In this document: positions 55,652 to 64,000 of the stretch, piece by piece
Position numbering within the stretch: the stretch's first letter is position 1
Layout: every line of letters begins with the position of its first letter
Source of the DNA: Octopus sinensis
Lineage: Eukaryota
DNA: 64,000 nt
Assembly (NCBI RefSeq): GCF_006345805.1
Contig: NC_043003.1
Span: 35,278,001 to 35,342,000, forward strand
Direction: 5' to 3'
Position numbers and translations under genes: made by a program
Notes under the pieces: model-generated
Told to the model about the DNA's origin: nothing
Database searches by the model: none
What the model saw: only the letters and a program-made list of their open reading frames with translations

Positions 55652-55955
55652 CATTCATCATCATCATCATTGTTCGACCGTGGTCGAGACAATGGAATTT
55701 ACTATGCTACGCCAGACTTCACGGTCCATCATGGCATTACGGAGGTCCTGTTGCTGGATGCTTGTATCCCTGGAGATTATATCAGGGTAGGAGAGAGTGC
55801 GCCCTCTGGTACTGCGAGTAGATGGCTTCCAGAGGAGAAGAGTAGAAATTATCTCTTTTTCAGCTCTACAACAATGTCCAGCAAACTGGACTCTCCTACC
55901 TTTCACAAGAGATGACACAGGTGGTAGTTTCCCATATATTTGCATTTGCATCAAT
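55652..55955 (-). mobile_element. 5'-truncated RTE-like LINE 3' end
   Basis: IYGKLPPVSSLVKGRRVQFAGHCCRAEKEIISTLLLWKP...RGRTLSYPDIISRD...NAMMDREVWRSIV followed by a (TGA)n tail; possible ATCAATC target duplication. Confidence 0.8.
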
Positions 55956-56199
55956 CCTTACCAGTATACATAGTGAGCTCTTCAATTCGTAAGCGGCATA
56001 GTATATATGTAACATTCGATAGGTTGATAACACGTAGACAGTCTATTGACTACATGTACCAACGAGGTTTACTCGGTCAGAGCTGACCTGGGAATACACA
56101 GGAACATGGTCATGGCAATTTTCATTTACTCATTTCTTAAACTAATTTCATTTGTCTCGTCTAACTGCAGAAGATTTCACGGAATCTATATATTCTTTT

Positions 56200-56585
56200 C
56201 TACTCTAGGCACAAAGCCCGATATTTTGGTGTAGGGGGGCAGTCGATTAGATCGACCTCAGCACGCAACTGGTACTTAGTTTATCGTCACCGACAGGATG
56301 AAAGGAAAAGACGACCTTGGCGGAATTTGAACTCAGAACGTTAAAGACAGACGAAATACCTATTTCTTTACTAGCCACAAGGGGCTAAACACAGAGAGGA
56401 CAAACAAGAACAGACAAAAGTCGATTATATCGACCCAGTGCGTAACTGGTACGTAATTTATCGACCCCGAAAGGATGAAAGGCAAAGTCGACCTCAGCAG
56501 AATTTGAACTCAGAACGCAGCGGCAGACGAAATACCGCTGAGCATTTCGCTCGGCGTGTTAAAGTTTCTTCCAGCTCGCAGCCTT
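56200..56585 (-). mobile_element. SINE family A (dimeric)
   Basis: Reverse complement of the 30408-30802 arrangement. Confidence 0.85.
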
Positions 56586-56648
56586 CACGGAATCTATATA
56601 TTAAACAACCCCTACGTTCGATAGCGTATGAGTTACTATTAAGAAATA

Positions 56649-57845
56649 CAGGGGTTGGACAAAATAATGGAAACGCCTAGCATAATAGCATCATAATTTT
56701 GAAATATCTATAAAACCATCAAAAGCTTATTTATTTTCATGGTTTATGGTTTATTATTAGTGTTGCTTAATATGTTTTGTTAAAATTGCTGTTTCTTTTC
56801 AGATATCATCAGAAAAAGGTAATTAAAATTCATTAAAATGACAGATCTGTTGGACTTTCAAAGAGTTCAAATTGTTGGTGCTCGTATAGCGGGCGCTAGC
56901 GTGACGAAAACAGCCGAAATGTTTGGTGTATCAAGAAGTACTGTCTCGAAAGTAATGACAGCCTTTGAGAAAGAGAGAAAAACCTCCTCATCGAAACAAA
57001 ACTCCGGAAGCAAACAACAGCTTTCAGATAGGGAACGTCAGACTCTTACAGGAATTGTTAGAAAGTATCACAAAAGTATAGCTCCCAAATTTACTGCAGA
57101 GTTTAATGACCACCTCGAGAACCTAGTTTCCACAAAAATTGTTCACCGGGAGTTGCACAAAATCCGGATTTTACAGGAGGGCTGCATCAGAAAACCACCA
57201 CTTTAAAAAAAAAAACGTTGCAAAGCGTTTAGACTGGAGTAAAAACCTACAGAATTGGTCTCTAGAGCAGTGGAAGAATGTTATTTTCTCGGAGGAGTCA
57301 TACTTTACCTTAGGTCCGACCACCGGCAGAGTTTACGTGTGGAGACAACCAAAAGAAGCATTTGACCCAGACAGCCTTCTCCAACTGTTAAACATAGAAG
57401 AGGATCTGTGATGATCTGGGGGCTATATCTTGGAAATTCGCCGGCCCAATGATTTCCCTTCATAGCAGAATTAATATTCAAAACTATTTAAGTATTTTAT
57501 CTGATCAAATTCATTCTTTGTTTGCGGGATTGTTTCCGAAGGGAAACGCAATCTTTCAGGATGATAATGCACCAATTCACACAACTAAAGTTGTTACTGA
57601 ATGACACGAAGATCATTATAGTAAAGTCGAACATCTTATCCGGCCACCACAGTCCCCAGATCTCAATATTATTGGACATTTATGGTGCATTTTAGAAAAA
57701 AAAGTAAAGAGTCCATATCCTCCACCATCATCACTACAAGAACTAGTGACTGTTTTAGCTGAAGAATGGGTAAAATTTCCTTTGGAAACAATTCAAACAT
57801 TGTACGAGTCCATACCTCATAGAATTCAAGCTTTAATTACTGGTG
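56649..57845 (+). mobile_element. Tc1-like (DD34E-type) transposon, frameshifted and 3'-truncated
   Basis: TA + left TIR CAGGGGTTGGACAAAATAATGGAAAC; MTDLLDFQRVQIVGAR...GVSRSTVSKV, WKNVIFSEES, GSVMIWG, IFQDDNAPIH, QSPDLNII motifs. Right TIR not seen. Confidence 0.88.
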
Positions 57846-58496
57846 GTAATTAATTGACCAGTGTACATGTCAATGAGCATGTAAATACTTATTTCAGTGT
57901 ATAGATAATTGGATATAAAGAGTTTGAAAATAAGAGCGTGCATAATAATTTTGTGTTATAACATATATTGCGTTTCTGCATGTGTACGTATGACTATATT
58001 CTATTTATATATTGATGACAGCAGTGTTTATATATATGTATAGTTAGAGATGTGTGCAAATTATGTTATACACACACAAACACACACAAACAAAATCGTT
58101 ATGCACACACAAACACATTATTTATTTAGTAATCCAATTATTATTTTGGAGTGTCTTCGGTCAGAGAACCATTTTTTTAAACATTGGCTCTATTCTGTAA
58201 TGAACCGAGGCTGGTTCTTTGCACATTTATAAAATAACATAGTGTTCATTTTATATTCTCAACTGCCATGGCTTCTCCTGTTCAAAGAAGAGTCTGTGTT
58301 TGTTTCCGATCTCTGAAATTGCTCGATGTCATTAAGTTGCTTATTTCCCCGATTTGTGAGCTCAATTCTTTATCTCATAAGGATTCTTCCATTTCGAGGA
58401 ATAATGATTTTGTAAATAATGGCATTCATTTGTGGGACAAATTCAACGTATATTGCTTACGTTATTCAAGTAAGTTTGTAATATCTTGCATAGAGA

Positions 58497-58690
58497 AAGG
58501 CGGTGAGCTGTCAGAAATGTTAGCACGCCAGGTGAAAAGTTTAGCGGTATTTCGCCTGCCGCTACGTTCTGAGTTCAAATTCCGCCGAGGTCGACTTTGT
58601 CTTTCATCCTTTCAGGGTCGATTAAATAAGTACCAGTTACGCACTGGGGTCGATATAATCGACTTAATCCGTTTGTCTGCCCTTGTTTGT
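58497..58690 (+). mobile_element. SINE family A copy
   Basis: GGTGAGCTGTCAGAAATGTTAGCACGCC...GGGTCGATTAAATAAGTACCAG. Confidence 0.85.
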
Positions 58691-58788
58691 TATCGTAAAA
58701 GTGAAGTGTCTTGCTCAAGAGCACAACACACAATCCCGTCCGGAATCGTGACTGTGAGCCCGACGCTCTAACCGCGCGCGTGTGTGTT

Positions 58789-58834
<46 letters not shown>

Positions 58835-58959
58835 TGTGTGTGTGTATGTGTGTGTGTCAGTGTAATTATGATCGTGGTTCTGTAACTTCTGCAATCATTT
58901 TTGATCTAGCACGCTAGACTTTTGCGCTATGATTATTATACTGCTATCAAAATTGCAAT

Positions 58960-60680
58960 AATGGGAAAATAAATAAAATGAATGTTATGTTAAGCGTAAA
59001 TTACCGTTATTTTGGATGAGAACAATAGCAACTAGGTGGACAAGTAGCTCCAAAACCAATAAAACACAAAACAAAAATGTAAAGTGAATATTATTAATTT
59101 TATGTTTTCCAAAATAGCTTTGACGTCTTCTTTTACGCTTATGTTGCATGTCCGTATCTCGTTTTAAAAACCAGCAGTAGTCCATCTGCATGTTTGGTGT
59201 AGGTCTGACACTGTAGCGGCTTTCTAGCTCTTTGATTTCTTGATGAAATCGTTCACCATGCTCATCGCTTACATCACCCATATTGAGTGGAAAAATGTCA
59301 AGATGAGAGCGAAAAAAATGAATTTTTAGCAACATTCTTGCCCCAAGTTGCTTATAAGCTTTCAAAAACTCGTTCACAATTGCGACATAGTTATTCATTT
59401 CCCCAAAAAATTTTTACCAGAGAAACTAACTTTTCCCAAGCAGTTTTCTCTACTGAGCTTAAATTTTCTTGAAACAGCTCATCATAAATTAGTGTGCGAA
59501 ATTCTGGTTCATTTAAAACACCAGCTTTGATATTAGCTTCACCCTTGCTAGAAAGAAATCATTCAGTGAGATATTTGAATCCTTCACCGTCTTTATTCTT
59601 GGCCTTAAACAAATTCTTAAACAAGCCAAGTTTAACGTGTTAGAGAAGAAAGTAAATTTTCTGAGCGTCAACTAAAGGGATATATTTAACGCTGTATCTC
59701 CCTGGAGTGAAATCACTTCTATTTGGCCACCCTTTTTGATCATAATGATGCTTGTCATCACTGCTGTTTCAAAGGCACAAAAAACACTGATGCTTTGTAT
59801 ACCCCATTTGCAACCCAAGAAGCAAACCAATAACTTTCAAGTCCCCGCATATATTCCACTTGTGCTCAGAATATTTAATTAAGTGCAAAATTTTATCCGT
59901 TGATTCATAAGTTTCCTTTAATCCTACAGTGTTAAATTTTCCACTATCGTAACAAAATCTGTCCGGGCGATTAACATAAACTTTTCTGCACATCATAAAT
60001 AGACATAGTAGTAACCTAAATAAACACGCAAGAAAGCTTATCATTAAACTAAAATATAAAATTAATCAACAGCAAATGTTACTGTAAAACATCAAAATAT
60101 ATGTCTAGAAAAACAACAACAAATCATTGAAATTATTATAGAATGTACTGAAGCTATGGCTATCACGAAACAATTTTTCCATCTCTAAATTTTAAACATT
60201 GATCACTTTAATAAATAACTAAACTTACTACTAAACTACTTTTCAAATAACTTGGCTCTCTTATTTAATGTACTTTGTTTTAATAGCACTAGAAGTTATC
60301 AAGAAAAGGGGGTCTGAGTGGCTTACTATAACCTGATATCAATAGCCTACTGTGAGGAGAACTTTACAATAATTACTGCGATAGCAAAGTAAAATAAGTT
60401 CTCATCTTGTGTAGCAATTTAACAGGTAGACTACGTTTCCCTTTATCAGCGCTTGTTTTTGTTTCAGTGATGAGTATGTGAATGAAAATCGAAAGCAAAT
60501 AGCCTACTACTTTGTCAATATTATCAATTAATTGGAAAATCTTGTTCTGTGAATAGCTAAAAATACTACACGTGCTGTCTAAAAACTGATGTCAAATTCG
60601 TATTCAACACCCTAAAATTATCCTAAATCAGCTGAAAATGTTCAACTATCATGACCACTTTTATTTTATTTTGCCCAGTG
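58960..60680 (-). mobile_element. Decayed DNA-transposon transposase of a widespread invertebrate family (superfamily not assigned)
   Basis: WNICGDLKVIGLLLGLQMGYTKHQCFLCL, HVKLGLFKN, KIHFFRSHLDIFPLNMGDVSDEHGERFHQEIKELESRY...DYCWFLKRD; terminus-like TTTTGCCCAGTG ending at 60680. Confidence 0.75.
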
Positions 60681-60712
60681 TTATTCATAACAGTTTGTAG
60701 ACACGATCTCAC

Positions 60713-60773
<61 letters not shown>

Positions 60774-61318
60774 TATATGTGTGTATGTATGTATGTATGT
60801 GTTTGTGTATTTTTGTGCGTATGTGTGTGTATACATACATATATATGCGTGCTTGTGTATTTCTATGATGAACAATAATGCACATAGGTGCTGTTGTTGT
60901 TGTTGTTGATGCAGTTACCGCTGCACAAACATAGGTCATTCATGATGAAGTAGAGTTATGATCAAAATGCGTTTCAGCATTGATAGTCACAAGTTTTTAG
61001 ATATATTTTTGCATATCAGGGTCATTTCCCAATGTGCCTTATTTTGTAAGAAGAACAAAGCGTAAATTGAAAGGGATTTCGCTGCTATTTATAGCAAATC
61101 AATCGCATGTACAAAGGATCCTTTGTTTGCTCCATATATATATATATTTGCTTGCGTATATGTCATATATGTCTGAATCGTGAGAAGTTATACTTACGAA
61201 TTTTGTATTTGAAATATATGTCCCTTTGTATGTAGAGACATGTTAACCTGAACACAGCTTCGCGTACGTGTATGATGGTGTGTAAAAGAGAGAAATAGAT
61301 ATAGACAGACAGACAGAC

Positions 61319-61365
<47 letters not shown>

Positions 61366-61394
61366 GATAGATAGATAGATAGATAGATAGATAT

Positions 61395-61427
<33 letters not shown>

Positions 61428-61605
61428 GAGATAGATAGAGAGAAAGAGAGAGAGAGAGAGAAATCTGTAGTATTATTTTCTCACTTTGCATTTATAAATG
61501 TGCATGCTTCTCTAAATATTTCCTACATTATGTTTACGCATGCGTAAATGCGTATGAGCTTGTATTTGTGCTTGTTTACGTGTGTCTGGGCGTGTGTGCA
61601 TGTTT

Positions 61606-64000
61606 GTGTGTGTTTTTGTGAGAGTGCGTATGGTATGTGTGTTTAATTGTATGTATGTGTCTCACATTAAACTTTTATTCGTGATTTCTTGAACATTTGC
61701 AACATTACGTATGTGTGCGTAAATGTGCGTAAGGTCCGTGTTATCGAGTGTAAATATTTGATGTGTAAATATTTGACGTGTCTACAAGTTTCTATATGTG
61801 TGTGTAAGTATGTAGTATTCGCGACCATTTTCTCTGAAGATTCGTGTATAGATTCGTGCCTATGTGTATAGATATATGCGTTTGTGTTCGCGCGCGTTAA
61901 TGTGTGTGTTTCAGTTTATAGAATAGGTGTGTTGTATTTTACTATTTGTAAATTTACATGTGTATAATTACGCACCTGTGTGGGATGAGGTGCATTGTAT
62001 GTGTATGTGTTAGTGAGTGTGTGTGGTGTGTGTTTTTATTTTAAGTATTCGATAACGCTGTTCTTTAATTACGGGTCAGCCCTGGTCGAGTAGACCTGTC
62101 ACCATAAGCATTCTAGCCATGATACTTTAATTGTGAATACGATAATTAATAACTATTTCCGTTTAAAGGCTGTGAGCGGGCAGAATCGTTAGCACGTCGG
62201 GCAAAATGCTTAGTGGTATTTCGCCCCTCTTTATGTTCTGAGTTAAAATTACGCCGACATCGCACTTGCCTTTCATCCTTTCTGGATCGATAAAATAACT
62301 ACCTCCTGAGCACTGAGGGTAGATGTAATCAAGTATCCCCACCCCCTATAATTTTAGATAATTTCAGACCTATAGTAGTAAGTTACATCCTTCCATTTGT
62401 TGAAAACATTAAAATGAGATTTAAGAAAAAATTGGCTGCTATTTCTAACAAATCCGGCGACCAGCAGAACCTCCCTTGCGTATCCATGTTTTTGTCTATA
62501 TAAGTTGCTGGAGTATAGATATCATATGTGTGATAGATATATGTGCATTTTTATTAGTCTGGATTTACGTCTCGCTGTCAGCATGACCCTCAGCGTAGCT
62601 GTGTGTATATATGTATGTACGAGTCCTTATGCATATTTGTACCGTTTCATCTCTTCAAAGATTACGTTTGTAATACAAAATGAATCTCGAATATTAAATG
62701 TATATGTACGAGTGCGTATGTACGAAAGTCTATGTCTGCATGTATGTATTGATGTATGAATTGATGTATGAATAACTGAATATATATATATATATGTCTG
62801 TGTTTATTTTCATTTGTGTGCAATATGTGAAATAGATTGTGTGTGTGTGTGAATGCTTTTGTTTATGACAAAACGTATTTCTATTAACGTTTACGTATTT
62901 ATCTATTTGTGTTTTATTCGTTTTCACTTCGTCTGTTTTTATTAGTCTATATGCTTCTGTGTATGCATGAGGGTGAGTGTCTGTCTGCGTGTGCTTGTTC
63001 TTGTTCCTGCATGCGCTCTCGCTCGCGTGTGCGACTGACTTGATTGATTATACTAATAAGAAGAACCTTTTAAGTCGGATTATTGGACAGTCTCCCATGT
63101 GAAGTCGCTGTTATATGGGACGCTCCAGATCCGGGCCAATAGCGGCAACACACAACGGCACCTTGATCAAACAAACCACGTTAAATAATCGTTTGCGAAA
63201 CATAATGAAAGTTATTACGACATCATAGCTGATATCCGTGGGAGGCCGTGGAGTCGTAAGGTCAGCAACTGGAATATATACATATGTATATGTGTGTTCG
63301 TGTGTGTCTGTATGTTCGTGCGTGTGTGTGTGTTTTTGTGAGAGTGCGTATGGTATGTGTGTTTAATTGTATGTATGTGTCTCACATTAAACTTTTATTC
63401 GTGATTTCTTGAACATTTGCAACATTACGTATGTGTGCGTAAATGTGCGTAAGGTCCGTGTTATCGAGTGTAAATATTTGATGTGTAAATATTTGACGTG
63501 TCTACAAGTTTCTATATGTGTGTGTAAGTATGTAGTATTCACGACCATTTTCTCTGAAGATTCGTGTATAGATTCGTGCCTCTGTGTATAGATATATGCG
63601 TTTGTGTTCGCGCGCGTTAATGTGTGTGTTTCAGTTTACAGAATAGATGTGTTGTATTTTACTATTTGTAAATTTACATGTGTATAATTACGCACCTGTG
63701 TGGGATGAGGTGCATTGTATGTGTATGTGTTAGTGAGTGTGTGTGGTGTGTGTTTTTATTTTAAGTATTCGATAACGCTGTTCTTTAATTACGGGTCAGC
63801 CCTGGTCGAGTAGACCTGTCACCATAAGCATTCTAGCCATGATACTTTAATTGTGAATACGTTAATTAATAACTATTTCCGTTTAAAGGCTGTGAGCGGG
63901 CAGAATCGTTAGCACGTCGGGCAAAATGCTTAGTGGTATTTCGCCCCTCTTTATGTTCTGAGTTCAAATTACGCCGACATCGCACTTGCCTTTCATCCTT
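61606..64000 (+). repeat. Near-identical direct duplication with 1720-bp offset (61606-62280 vs 63326-64000), running off the window
   Basis: ORFs 61689-61871 and 63409-63591 are identical except one residue; the shared SINE head sits at about 62170 and 63890. Confidence 0.9.

Overview
Repeat-saturated, AT-rich animal genomic DNA. The microsatellite density and SINE content look like an Octopus/cephalopod genome (inference from composition, not verified). Almost all long ORFs in the track are translations of microsatellites. One gene is recognisable: the first coding exon of a NOL4/NOL4L-family gene (minus strand, 3931-3698). A possible unannotated small spliced gene lies on the plus strand at about 34.3-36.9 kb, where two reading frames both stay open across three exons. 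The most complete object is a ~7 kb young Penelope-like retroelement (PLE, 19001-25999). It has a frameshifted RT + GIY-YIG ORF and ~790-bp direct pseudo-LTRs, each carrying a minimal type-I hammerhead-like motif with a non-canonical CCGACGA core. The rest is decayed elements: two mariner copies, one Tc1, one hAT, one unclassified DDE transposon, R4/Dong-like and RTE-like LINE fragments, two Helentron/HINE-like copies, many SINEs, and a 1720-bp-offset duplication at the right edge. All alignments, folds and splice sites were judged by eye.
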